Below, one piece after another: positions 50,791-62,977 of a stretch of 64,000 nt of DNA (positions are counted from its first letter, which is position 1; each line of letters starts with the position of its first letter). This stretch comes from Vitrella brassicaformis CCMP3155. Lineage: Eukaryota; Protista; Chromerida. The stretch covers positions 1 through 64,000 of the forward strand of contig CDMY01000287.1 of assembly GCA_001179505.1 (NCBI GenBank), read 5' to 3'. The notes under the pieces were generated by a model. That model was not told where the DNA came from and did no database searches. It was given only the letters and a program-made list of their open reading frames with translations. The translations under genes were made by a program, and so were the position numbers.

Positions 50791-52527
50791 TGTCTGTGTG
50801 TCTGTGTGTGTGTGTGTGGTGCGTGACCTGGAGCGCTGATGGGAATTCCATGAGCTTGAGCAGGGCGGCTGCTCGGTTGCTGTAGAGCTTGGCGTCCCTG
50901 GGGTTGCGCCGAATGGCCTCGTCATACTCTGTGTGACACACACACACCCGAACACACAGAGAGAAGTGGATGTCGCCTCGTGTGTGGATGGATGGATGGA
51001 TGGCGGCCTCTTTGTGTCTCTCACCTTTCTTGGCGGCAGGGTAGTCCATCTGCTTCCAGTACTCATTGCCCTTGGCTCGGTGCTGACACACACACGCACA
51101 TTCAGACAGCCCACGTCATGTAAGTGATGCTGGTGGCCACCCAGACACACGCATTGATACCTCCTCAGCCACTTCCGGGTTGATGTACTGCTCAGCGTCA
51201 TACTTCTCCTTCATCCGTTTGGCCTCCTGCAGGGCGGCGCGCGTCTGCTTCGTGTTGTCCTCCATCAGGGACTTCTCGTACCTGACGGACAAACAAACAG
51301 AGGCACAGAGACATACACCGATGAAGGCAAGTCTAGATGTTTGGGTGTGGTGTGATGTGGTGTGGTGTGGTTACATCTGGATGGCGTCGTCGAACTGCTT
51401 CATGCGCGTGTAGCAGGCCGCCATGCGGTTGTAGACCTGACACACAAGGAAGCCGCCCACCGACACGTCCATCCATTCATCCATCCATCTGGTGTGGTGT
51501 GGTGTGGAGATCGTACCTTAGCGACTTTGGAGTAGTCTGCCTTGACCTCGTATCTGATGTCGAGGGCCTTCTGGCACTCCGCCAGACACCCCTCGTAGTC
51601 CTCCATCTCCAAGTACACAGCTGCCCCACACACACATTCACACACGCACACAGAGACACAGACACATCTCCCTCCCTCTCTGTGCATGAGTGTGTCCCCC
51701 ACCCTCACTGACTGACCGGCCTTGTTGTTCCTGTAAGTGATGTCGCTGGGGTTGACCTCCATGGCCTTGCTGTGGCCTCGAGGGCCTCCTCGAACTGGCG
51801 GCTCTTGTACAGCGCGTTGCCCTTCTCCTTCCACTCATCCGCCGCCTACACACACACGCGCGCGCCTTTACGCGTCCACTGCTCCCATTCCCTTGTGCAT
51901 CCATCCATCCATCCAACACACCTTTTCTTGGTCCGTCCTGTTGTCTGCAGGCGGCATCGGCTCCTCTTTGGGCTTCGGCCTTTCGGCCTCGCGTGGGCGT
52001 GTCGGGGGCTCAGAGGGACAACCATTGCCGAACTGACGACAGAACAAAACACGCGGAAGGCCAGGTCATGTGTCGGCCCTCTTTGACCGGATGTGCGCGT
52101 GTGTGTGTGTGTGTGTGTCTTACAGGTCCTTCTTTGGGGGGCTGCGCTGTCTGTGCAGCGATGAGCACATCCAGGAGGCGAGAGTCCTGCGTCAGCAGCT
52201 GGTTGAGCTTCGCCTGGTCTTTGCACTGCATAAGCTGCTCCAGGCCGCTCATGAAGGTCCGGTCCTCCACGTAGCCCTTGAAACGCTGACGACCACAGAG
52301 GCAGAAAGTAGCCGATGTGTGTGGCCGTCCATCCCTGACTCACCCACCTGGTCGCTGAGGGCGGCAATGATCTTTATTGGGTCGAGTGAGAGCGTCTGCG
52401 TCTTTTCTGCACACACAAACCATCACACACACAATGATCCATCCATCCATCTGTTCCCCCGTCCGTCCGCCCACCCACCGCCTGACTGGCCGCCAGGAGG
52501 TGGTGGTCCTGGCCTGGCCCTCATGAC
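49942..52527 (-). pseudogene. STI1: Inverted, 5'-truncated, frameshifted copy of STI1 (lacks TPR1)
   Basis: Exons and introns highly similar to 16670-19332. Homology starts abruptly at ...tcatgagggcc. 1-bp deletion at about 51773 (gaggcctacagc to gaggccacagc) shifts the frame in TPR2A. Confidence 0.9.
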
Positions 52528-52660
52528 ACTGCCTGGAGGTACACAAACGGCGTCCGTGTGTATAGACGTTACACATGGAATATACTGTTCATTGTGAATA
52601 ATACTGACCAACCGTCGGCATTAAATGCCTTCATATAACTCATCAACACAACACACGCAT

Positions 52661-52691
<31 letters not shown>

Positions 52692-52718
52692 CCTCTCTCT
52701 GCACACACACATTGTCCC

Positions 52719-53119
52719 TTAAGCATGTCTGAACAGCTTCCACCCCACCCAGCCCCCATAGCGGAACAGATAAGTCACCGGCACCAGCAGCGGCACCACA
52801 CAGCAGTAGTACATGTCCTCGCGCATCAACTCAAGGACCCTCTCCACATAGGGGCCACAAGCATTCCCGTAATGGGACAAGGACGGCACAGGCAGGAGCT
52901 TGGACAGCACCAGCCAGTAGCTCATCACGCACAGCCACAGGAAGCCGCCTGACACACAGAGAGAGAAAGAAAGAGAGAGTCATCAGTCCAGCTGAAGGTG
53001 AAAATGTCTGCGTGTTTATAATAAGTCACACACATACCGATGACGTATGTGAGTCCGTGGCAGAAGAGTCCCCAGTCGACAGACACGGGAAGAGCATCGT
53101 CAGAGCGGGGGGTCTCCAT
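52719..53119 (-). CDS. PIGY: GPI-GlcNAc transferase subunit Y (PIG-Y/Eri1-like), 2 exons (53119-53038, 52948-52719)
   Basis: METPRSDDALPVSVDWGLFCHGLTYVIG | GFLWLCVMSYWLVLSKLLPVPS...VLELMREDMYYCCVVPLLVPVTYLFRYGGWVGWKLFRHA*. Matches the PIG-Y pattern (SKLLP...D.YYC.L.P...P......W...K.FRHA) from memory. Confidence 0.85.
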
Positions 53120-53384
53120 TCTGATGAATCAAGAGCGAGATCTGACCACAGATCCATTCGACCTGCTGCTCGTCGACGTACCCTCAAGCATGCCCAGGCC
53201 CCTCAAAGGGGGCATCCGGTCCTCTCTGATGCGCGCTTGGCAGCGGATCGTGGGAAGCCAAAAGCGTGTGCGAGGGCATTTATGCGCCAGGAGGGCCTCG
53301 GCAACACCACAGAGGGTGAGAGAAACACGAAAAGGCAACAAACAGTGACAGATCTCATGGTCTGCTCTGTGTTGTGTGTGCAGC

Positions 53385-54711
53385 ATGTCTGCAGACCGGC
53401 GTGCTTCGTATGACTTTCTGTACAAGGTGATACTCACAGGCGACACGGGAGTTGGTAAGGCAAGCAGACAGACACCAAAAGAGGTGTTTCCACCCAATCA
53501 CCAGACAGCTGGCCGGGCTCTGTGGGTGTCTGGCTGGCTGCTGGACAGGCAAGACGAACCTGCTGTCACGGTATTCGCGCGATGAGTTCAATCCCAACTC
53601 CAAGGCGACCATCGGTGGCTACACACAAAGATGCATGGTGAATGTATGTCGTTTGTTGTCGAGTCGATGGATGTACTATACACAGGTGCCGAGTTTTCGT
53701 CCCGCATTTTGGTTGTCGACTCGCACCGAGTCAAGCTGCAGATTTGGGACACAGCCGGGCACGGTGCGTACGAGGATGTGGGATGGGATAAACAGGCAGA
53801 CGCTTGGTCATTGATTGCCTGTGTCCATCCTCTGTGTGTTGTGTGCGAACAGAGAAGTACCGGGCCATCACGGCGGCCTTTTACAGGGGCGCCAAGGGCG
53901 CGCTGCTCTGCTTCGATATCACTAACTCGTGAGAGAGGGGGAGGAGGAAAGAGAGAGGCGGATCTGTGTGTGGGTGTGGGTGTGGTTGTCTGCAGCACGT
54001 CCTTTTCGTCTCTGTCTGGGTGGCTGGCGAGTGTGCGCGACAACAGCGACGACAAGTGCTGCATCATCCTCGTGAGCATGGGACGACAGACTTCCACACA
54101 CGCAGATGATATGCCAGGCAGGCTGTCTGTCTGTCTGTCTGTGTTGTGTGTGTGCAGGTTGGGTGCAAGAGCGACTTGAAGGAGCACAGGGAGGTGTCCC
54201 GGGAGAAGGCCGAGAGATTCGTCAAGGTGTCAAGACACACAAACATTGTATACACAACATTGGATACACAAACATGGTGTTGTGCAGGAGCATCAGCTGT
54301 ACGGCTACATGGAGACCTCGGCAAAGGACTCCAGCAACGTAGAGGTAAGTAGGAGGCTAGGTGGCTGACGAAACCTCATTTGCAGGAGTACTCTATCTGT
54401 CTGTGTCTGTGTGTGGCTGTGTGTTTAGGAGACCTTCCAGCGTGTGTTGGAGCACATCTACCGGAAAGAGCTGGAGGACTTGCAACACTTCACCAGCAGA
54501 GAAGACGATGACGGTCGGTACACTCAACACACATTCACTCTTCGTGTGCGCATCCATCCATCAATCCATCCATCCATCCAGCAATCGATCCGTCTTGTCG
54601 TGTGCAGAGTCCCCTGCGCACGACGACGAGAGGTTTCGGCAATCGGGTAGTGTGCAGCTGGACGGCGAGAGGAATGACAGCCAAGCGAAGAAGTCCACCT
54701 GTTGGTGCTGA
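53385..54711 (+). CDS. Rab11-related small GTPase, divergent, with C-terminal CXC prenylation motif
   Basis: [41 protein letters not shown]...[34 protein letters not shown]...GCKSDL...YMETSAK...KSTCWC*. Introns canonical. Confidence 0.92.
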
Positions 54712-54900
54712 CTGAGGTTGGGGGCTGACTAATTCATAACCACCATGTGTATGTCAATTCATAGGCATGCCGTCGTGATGCCGTGTGCGTGTGAATGTGT
54801 ATGTGTGTGTGTGTACTGTACATACCTTCCTGTGTGGGTGAGAATGCCTTTTTCCTCTTTATGTGTACTATGTGCGGTTGTGTGCATGCCCATGTCGATG

Positions 54901-54939
<39 letters not shown>

Positions 54940-54959
54940 TGTGTGTTACCGACCAGCTG

Positions 54960-55600
54960 CCGGGAGCACATGCTCACGTGGATACGCGAATGGCCGTGTA
55001 CAGACAGATACTGAGCGTACTTGTCAATCATCCATTCACAATGCTTCCAAACACAAAGCTCAACCACCTCTGTCACTTGGGAATGCATATCCAGCTCCGA
55101 TGGCCACCTCACGCACGTCTCCTGGCCAGCTGGTCCACATGGTTGCGGAGAAGCTCCTCGCCGATGGTAAGGGAGACCTGCTCGGGGCAGACGCCGAAGT
55201 GCGCCACTCCCGCGATGATCTCGGCGAATATCGGTGGTCGTCAGCGCACGAACCGGCAGCAGGGTGGTCTTGACAGCGATGCTGACATGCATCGGAAGGT
55301 CGTGGCGGAGGTAGTCGCCGTAGGCCGACAGCAGCCTGTCCTTCTCCGTCTTCGACACAGCAGCGGAGAGAACATGCCGGCCGCTGTGAGTGACGCCCCA
55401 TTGCCAGGAGCAGCCGAAGGGCAGCAGGAGGGGAGCATTCGGAGCTCGCTGCACAGGAGAGAGGTGTCCGGTCGATTCACCTCGTCAACGGTGTCCCGTC
55501 CCCAATTGTAGGTCCACGATGGGGCACTCTACAGACGCGTGTCAAGACAGCCAGTCTGCATACGGACACATTCACTGCACGTGCAGCCAATCGGTGCTGT
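54960..55600 (-). CDS. Hypothetical protein, multi-exon
   Basis: Spliceable exons SAPSWTYNWGRDTVDE | RAPNAPLLLPFGCSWQWGVTHSGRHVLSAAVSKTEKDRLLSAYGDYLRHDLPMHVSIAVKTTLLP.... Model uncertain. Confidence 0.35.
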
Positions 55601-55776
55601 GCACGGATACCCACCTGCAAAACACGGGACAGCCAGTTCGATAGATGAGCGCTCCGACACACTGAAAGGAAGCGGGTCAAAACACACGGAAGCAGGCTGT
55701 AGGTAGCTGACATAACTAACCGCAAGACCACCTATACCTACCTCTAACACCCAATCGATCGACATCCAAATGATAA

Positions 55777-56463
55777 TCAATCGGCCTTGAGCAGGTGGGT
55801 CCTCTCTCCCCCCCCGTCGCTGCCAGGGGTCGGTCCCAGCCCCTGCTGCTCCTGCTGCCCTGCAGTGCGACGCCTAATCGACCCAGCGGCGCCACCATCA
55901 TTATCATGATGCAGAGGATCGCTGCTGGGCGAGAGGGTGGTCCGCTGTGATGATGAAGTGGCGGAGGACGAGATGCTCAACCATGGCCGCACGCGGCGCC
56001 AGCCGCTGCACAAAGCCCTACACACACAGAGAGAAGGACAAGACGAGCAAGATCTGCCCGGCTGCCTGCCTGTGTGCCCACCCGATGAGCTGGGGGACCA
56101 GCGCGCGCTCCCTCTCTTGTTGCAGAATGTCCAGACGTCTTGCCCGATAGCTTCGCGTATGTTCAAAGTGTAGCTGAATTCTCTCATCCTCCTTCTGCTC
56201 CCACTCCTGTGACCCTTCCTCATACGGATCTGACACACACGCACACACAGTGCCCCGTGGTTGTTTGTTGTCCTGTCTGTTCCTCCCTCCGCCCGCCACA
56301 CGCACTGTGCCATTCTGAACATACACACAGAAGGAAAAGCAATAGTCAGGCATTCGGCTGCGTGTGTGTGTTTTTACATACCGGGTCTCTCGGACGGATT
56401 AGAACAGATCCTCTCCTTCTCCTCGTCGCTGCACGCTCTCCACCAGGCTAAAGTGGCTGGCAT
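55777..56463 (-). CDS. Hypothetical protein, 3 exons
   Basis: MPATLAWWRACSDEEKERICSNPSERP | DPYEEGSQEWEQKEDERIQLHFEHTRSYRARRLDILQQERERALVPQLIG | ALCSGWRRVRPWL...HLLKAD*. GT-AG phases consistent. Confidence 0.55.
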
Positions 56464-56499
56464 GCCAAGACCGGCAAGGAGGAAGAAGAAAGCATGAAC

Positions 56500-59300
56500 A
56501 TGTGTGTCTGTGCGTGGCTTCCCCGCCCACCTCTGTCCTCCTCCTCCTTGGCCCGCATCTGACGTGCAAACTTCTCATCGAACAGAAACATTTTGACAGG
56601 AACGAACGGATCCGAGCTCGCAGTGTGGGGGCTGGGGGCCCTGCGTCTCCTCCCTGTGAAGCTCCCTACCGTTCCGCGTGCGTGCACTGTGCGTGCCCAG
56701 GTGATTCGGATCTGCCAGCATGCCGACACGTCAGCAGATTCGACGTCAGGCGGAAAGAGAGAGAGAAGACGCCCGATTCACCGCCCGGCTGCTCCAGGAA
56801 TGGGTGTACTACTCTCTGATAGATCGACTGAGTGTAAGCGTCACGAATATACGAATATACACTCTTCAGCTGCATTGATGCCGCATGTTGCAGTTCGTCG
56901 CCTCCTTCGTCCAAACGGCTGTCCTCTTCGGCATCACATACATCCCCGGATGGCCCGACTTCTTGGAACCCTACGAGGGACTGGCGGCAGCAGTCGTGCT
57001 TCTCCGTGGAGGCGCATTTGTTATCCATTGCTGCAGATGGATTGGTGAGTTTTGCAAGGAATACAGCTCATGCGTTCTGCTGTCGTGCTTCTCCCGTGCC
57101 CGTCGACTGGCTGGGCGCACGCGAGAAGCAGGGTGATAATTTGTTTTGTTGTTGTATACAGGAACCGCTCCACTTCTTCGACTACCACCCCAAAGCAGTA
57201 ATCACTGTTGCAATTATGTGGGTGCTGTGATTGTTGTGTTTTTCTGTGTTAATCTCAGACCCCGTAAGCCGGCCTACAAACCGAAAAGGGAGGGAACAGA
57301 AGAGAATTCATCATATTCATCACCCGTTGCAGGCAGAGACCATTGATGCTATAACGACAGAGACACTCGAAATCGACCAACGCAACAATACAAAAATGAT
57401 TGAAATCATCGACAAAGAGAACCAGAAAATTGAGGCAGTGAGGACAACTCAAGTAAGCACACTTGGGTACACTCAAGACGAGAATCATTGAGGACCCCAT
57501 GTGTTTATATCGGCAGGTTTATCATTGCTGCCTTTGGACTGTGGCCTTTGCTTTCTCCGCACTGTTTGCCGCCCAGAGCGCCCCAGAAGAAGACTGGGAG
57601 GACGCCCACTTGGAAAACCGTTTCTGGGCATTGGCGCTGCTTGCCCTGAGCCAGCTTGTTGTGGATCTGGTTTTGTGGCTGACTGTGCGGCGGTTCATGG
57701 GGGGCGGCAGGGCACATGTTGAAAGCAGGTTGGAGAGAATGGAGAGAGCTGCTGCCTCTGTACAGAGCGCCAGAGAGAGAGGGTGTCCCGATTGGTGTGC
57801 CATAAAGCCCAGCTCTACCAGGTCGGTTTTGGGTTGTACGGCTTGTTTTCTCGGTAGGACGGCTTGTGACCTGCTGATGTCTGCTGATATATGTGTGATA
57901 AGTCCCTCAGCGAATATCTCGAAATACACATACAAGACATGCACACACACATACACACACACACACGAGAGAAAAAACAAAGACACTCATATCCATGTGA
58001 TGGTTGTGTCCGGTTGTCTGTCTGCCTGCAAGATGGCAGTCTCAACGAGATGAAAGTCGACCTCTTGACGCCGAGCTTCTGTAAGCTCCCTTACACCAAG
58101 GCACCCCCACCACCTCTCACCACGTGTGTGTATATCGGCAACACGCGTGACGAGCCTCAGAAGAGCCCATCGCTGGCGGGTGGCGGTCGCCCGGGGAGCA
58201 TCTCGGCTGTGCCCATCAAAGTCTCTGTTCAGGTGCCCGACCCGCTCCCACCCCCCACACACACAGTGAGAGAGGGAGGAGGGAGAGAGCGACGTCCACG
58301 GTCGAAACACAAATGACACAAATGCACCCCACTGCGTGTATATGAACAGCGATGTGGAGGACCTCTTAGGCACCGGCGGCCGGAAGAGCAAGAAGAAAGG
58401 CAAGAAGAAAGGAGTCAAAGTGGCCGAGGCACGACCGCTGCTCGAGGACCACTATGCGTAAACCCATCTTCACCACACACACACACAGAGAGAAAGGGGG
58501 AGAGAGAGAGAGAGAGAGAGAGGGGGGGNNNNNNNNNNNNNNNNNNNNNNNNNNNNNNNNNNNNNNNNNNNNNNNNNNNNNNNNNNNNNNNNNNNNNNNN
58601 NNNNNNNNNNNNNNNNNNNNNNNNNNNNNNNNNNNNNNNNNNNNNNNNNNNNNNNNNNNNNNNNNNNNNNNNNNNNNNNNNNNNNNNNNNNNNNNNNNNN
58701 NNNNNNNNNNNNNNNNNNNNNNNNNNNNNNNNNNNNNNNNNNNNNNNNNNNNNNNNNNNNNNNNNNNNNNNNNNNNNNNNNNNNNNNNNNNNNNNNNNNN
58801 NNNNNNNNNNNNNNNNNNNNNNNNNNNNGGGGGAGGGAGAGAGCGGCATGTGAGAGGTGTGAGAGGGCCGCCCTGCACGTGGAATGCTGCCGTTGGTGCA
58901 GGGGAGGATCGCCACTTACATTCCTTGGCTTCTCATCCTTGGCAGCAACCAGCCACCCACCCTATGCACGTCACACACACACACACACACACACGCGCGC
59001 GCGCGCTATCTGCGCACATCCGGGTGCTTGTATCAGGTCGTGGGTTTGTCAGGTCTGCATTTTAGAAGAACTTTGCGCCATCAGCAGCCTCAACCACAAG
59101 TACATTCTCTCGAAGTCACATTCGGTCCGCTCCACAGACACACCCATGGAGGCACTCGTATGCATGCAGGTCGTCTGTCAGCGAACAAGAAGTCACGTGT
59201 TTCTCTCTGTGTGTCTCACGTCAGCCAAGGAGAACAGCTACGAAGGCATCAACACCAGCCCCGCCGGCCGCAACAGGGAGACACAGTAAAAGGCATCCGT
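56500..59300 (+). CDS. Hypothetical multi-pass membrane protein gene(s), paralogous to 6.95-10.35 kb
   Basis: FVASFVQTAVLFGITYIPGWPDFLEPYEGLAAAVVLL; QVYHCCLWTVAFAFSALFAAQS...NRFWALALLALSQLVVDLVLWLTVRR; Lys-rich exon GGRKSKKKGKKKG. Nucleotide match to the inverted 9.36-9.80 kb segment. Confidence 0.5.
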
Positions 59301-59439
59301 CTCTGTACAACCGCGTGTGTCTCCAGGCAATTGACAGAGCACGTGCACAAGCTGCAGCAGCGAGTCAGGAAAGCCAATATGGAAAAGACACGAGTGTATG
59401 TGTCTTGTTTGGGTGTGCTGTCGATCGACCAGCTGGTCA

Positions 59440-61530
59440 GATGATGATAAAGAGCCAGAGTGACTTGCTTGACATGATGGCAGCAAAGGACATCTGGCGG
59501 CTGGAATGGAAGAAGGCGGAACAAGAGGGTGACGTTTGCATCAAAGATGAAGAGATCTACGAACTGAGCAACAAGTTGACGGAAGCGGATATGGACGTTA
59601 CGGCTTGAGCATCAACTGATCCATATCTTTGCTCTGTCAGCTGGCAGAGAGGGGGATGCGTTGAAGCGGGAGAAACGGGATCTTGAGGTGAGGACATCGC
59701 ACACACAGAAACAGCAGCTCACACAGACTTGGGATGCAGGGCCGGCCGAATGTAAGATCGTTTGCATATGTAGTGGCGGAAAGACAGGCCAGCTGGCAGC
59801 TGGCAAATTGGCTTCATGTGTTTGTATCTTTCTTGTGAGGGGACCAGTGAGCTTTCGGACAAGCTCAACAACAAGGAGCGGGAATGAGGTGCAAAGCACA
59901 CCCAGAGAGAGAGGCGCAGCCCAGAATGAGAATGTGTTGTCTGTCAGACTGACGCGTGAGCTTGCAGCCATGATGGCCATAAGAGATCTCAAGGACAGAC
60001 TAGCTGTAAGTAATGTCCAGGCACATTGCATGAGACATGCACACAGCTACGTTTTGTTTTTGTCGCGGCCACCAATCCAATACTTCAGAGAATGGGTCGG
60101 ATAACACGAAGAGGCCGCCATCCATCCATCCACACAGGAGGCGACATCCACTTCTCTCTGTGTGTTCGGGTGATCACACACACGGGCGGACAGGAGACAA
60201 TACGGACATGAGAATGCGTGGACTGTATCGTGTTGCTATAGTACGAGCCAGCAGTGACCAGCAGGAGAAGGATGTCGGCGTAAGCTGCGCTCTCATCCAT
60301 CCAGCCACCTTCATTCCATCCATCAATCCTGTGTCTGTCTGTCTGTCTCTCTGTCTATCTGTGTGTCCGCGTGTGTGTAGGCTGTGAACGAAGCGTCATA
60401 GGGTGCACACTGCTTGCGCTTGTAATGCTCATCATCATCTTCATCATCTTCTTCTTCGTTCTCAATGCTGAGGAGAGCGTCGCCGACCTGACAGAAGCTG
60501 AGAAGACTCGACATTATTGGATACTTGTCCTTCCCCCTTGGGATTGAATTCAGCAGCTGAGGTACCTAACATGGAAACACAACACACATACACACAGAGA
60601 TACGCTCACAAAGACGAAAGACGAGCTGGCAATGAGAGCCAACGACACATACATGCATCAATCCGTGCGGGGTTGATTGGTGCGCACACAGGCACACGGA
60701 AGAGCGAGTCCTTCATGTGTCTTCAGAGAATCAAGCCAGAGTACCTACCATGAAGCCTCTGTTGAGGCATGGAACAGAGCTCCGAGGACACCTAAAGAAG
60801 GAATGGAATTGAGCGGAGCTCGTCAGGTGTGTGACACACCACAGCCATTGTTGTTGTTGCCACATGGCAGCAGAGGGAATCGCTGCCTACATTTTATATC
60901 TTGGTTCATTTCCCGAGCGATTGATGCGCTTCTCTGAAGACAAAGAAGAGCAACACGCGCACACCTAGCACACACACGCGCAGAGAGAGAGAGAGAGGAG
61001 GAGGCATGTGTCTCAGATGACAACAGAGTGATGAAAGACAAGATGAAGGTACTCATGTATCAACCATGTATTCAATCTCCATGTCGGCCTGTCTGTGTCG
61101 CCCGAACCACACACGTGTGGTTTGGGTATGGTGCCCCTGCGTTAGGCGAAGGGCATCACTCGTGGTGAGTTCATGGAGGAGATGCACGCTTACGAGGGGG
61201 GCGAGATGTGCGGCTGGAACGGCGAAGTGCGCGAGTAAGCGACGGACGTTTGTATGTGCGTATCTGTCTCGTGATGACACGCAGGTTCCTGGACACGGGC
61301 CATCGCGACTCGTGCGGCAGATACAGACTCCGCTACAGCCGCTGACCACTCAAGAGGCCAGCAGTAGCTGGTGTGTGTACAGGCAAAGACCAGGCTACAC
61401 AGATCAATACAAGGCCACCGTCGCTAGCGCAGCAGAATCGCTTTTGGTTTGTTGAATTCGTTCATTTCATGCACGTCTGCGCAGATGTGTGTCTGTGTCT
61501 GCTTGCATTGTGCGATGCTGCTTAGGAATG
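59440..61530 (+). pseudogene. Degraded inverted paralog of the 22.1-24.1 kb coiled-coil/mosaic block, with captured STI1-intron and TM-exon fragments
   Basis: LLDMMAAKDIWRLE resembles LLEANLSASKEIWDLE; RDTLTKTKDELA exon shared (60595-60650 vs 23290-23340); 60870-61530 is the reverse complement of 22100-22780; 60105-60180 matches STI1 intron 18255-18330; several in-frame stops. Confidence 0.55.
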
Positions 61531-62264
61531 CCTGACTAGCCGTGCGTGCGTTCGCGAGTGAAAGAATGGATTGAATCGATCTCGCACAATGGCAACGGGA
61601 GGCTTCAACAATGCATTCAATCTTCATGTCGGCCTGTCTGTGTGCGCGTGTGTGTGTCCAGTCGGCTCATGAGAAGTTGAGGGAGGTCAAGATGAATGCG
61701 AGCACACACCCACAGAGTATGTCGATCCATGCATCCATCCATCCATCCATGCGTGTCTCTAATCCGTGTGCAGGCTCAGCAGAAGGAGATGTAGAGCTTA
61801 TCATGGCGTGTTCGAGCAAGCGTGACGTGATTGGCGATGAGAGGCGACATGAGCCAGAGACAGGGCGGAAAAGATCGAGAGGGCTTTTTCTCAGGACGAG
61901 CAGGCCAACAACGACTTCCCCAAGTGAGTAATCCCGCGCCTCCTTCCCTGACGAACAGCCACTCGTCCCGGAACGTGGGCAGCAGCACGGCACCGGCCAA
62001 CAACAGCAACACCGACCGGGTACGTATTCGCCATCAGCAAACTCAACCAGAAGTACATCTCCCAGGGCAAGATCAACCTCTCGAAGTCACATTCGGTCCG
62101 TTTCACAAACACACCCATGAAGGCACTCGTATGCATGCAGGTCGCTTGCCAGCCAACAAGAAGTTACGTGTCTGTCTCTGTGTGTCTCACGTCAGCCAAG
62201 GAGAATAGCGACGAAAGCACCAACACCAGCCCAGCCGGCAGCAACCTCAACTACAAGTACATTC

Positions 62265-62340
62265 TGACCGGCTATAGAAATGACCGGCTATAGAAAAATT
62301 TAGGGTTTAGGCCTAAGCCCTAAACCCTATAGAAAAATTG
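62265..62340. repeat. Insertion junction with 16-bp tandem repeat and head-to-head telomere-type repeats (TTTAGGG/CCCTAAA)
   Basis: tgaccggctatagaaa x2 (62265-62296), then tttagggtttagg|cctaagccctaaaccct (62299-62328), bracketed by ctatagaaaaatt on both sides. Confidence 0.85.
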
Positions 62341-62977
62341 AGTTCACCCTTTCTCTCTTGACTACTGTCTCCCTCGTATTGGTGTCGATCTGTATCTGGC
62401 TGGGCCTATCACGTGTTGTTTCAGCACACGCCAGATACGGATCGACACCAACCAGTGCAATGCCATCTGTATATGGTTGGCACAGTAGAATGCCCCCCAT
62501 GCATTGCACCACTGTTGTCTCAGTCGCGCATACGTGCAAGGCACAGCAGGTCGCCGTGTTTTTCCGACCACACGTATCCTTCGTAGCTATATCGATCGCT
62601 GCGTACATTTTGTATTCTGATGCGTTGGGACCAACTATATCATCAATTGTGCTTGCTGTGAATCGTTCCCCCGCAGATTCCATGTGACAGCCACCCTCGA
62701 TACAGCCGCATACAAAAAACGAATACACAGAATACACCAGGAGCGAAGACATAAAGCCCAGATGGGGGGCCGATACATAAGCTGCCTGCCTCATACACGC
62801 GTGACAACTAAGCTGTCCCTCTCCTCAGCATTCCCCTTGTTGAAGTAGCTCCCGTACGCTCCTGGCCGCAGATGTTCGACGAACAGAAAATGGACCCTGC
62901 ACCGAGGCAAGAAAGTCACGGAAACAGTGCATTAATGCACAATGAATGCAATTGAATTTGGTTGGAGACTCACTTAC

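Noticed and set aside
62327-62794. Terminase or Holliday-junction-resolvase RNase H-like motif (YAAIDIATKD)
   Set aside because: A single short acidic motif with no other conserved elements visible; too weak without a profile search.
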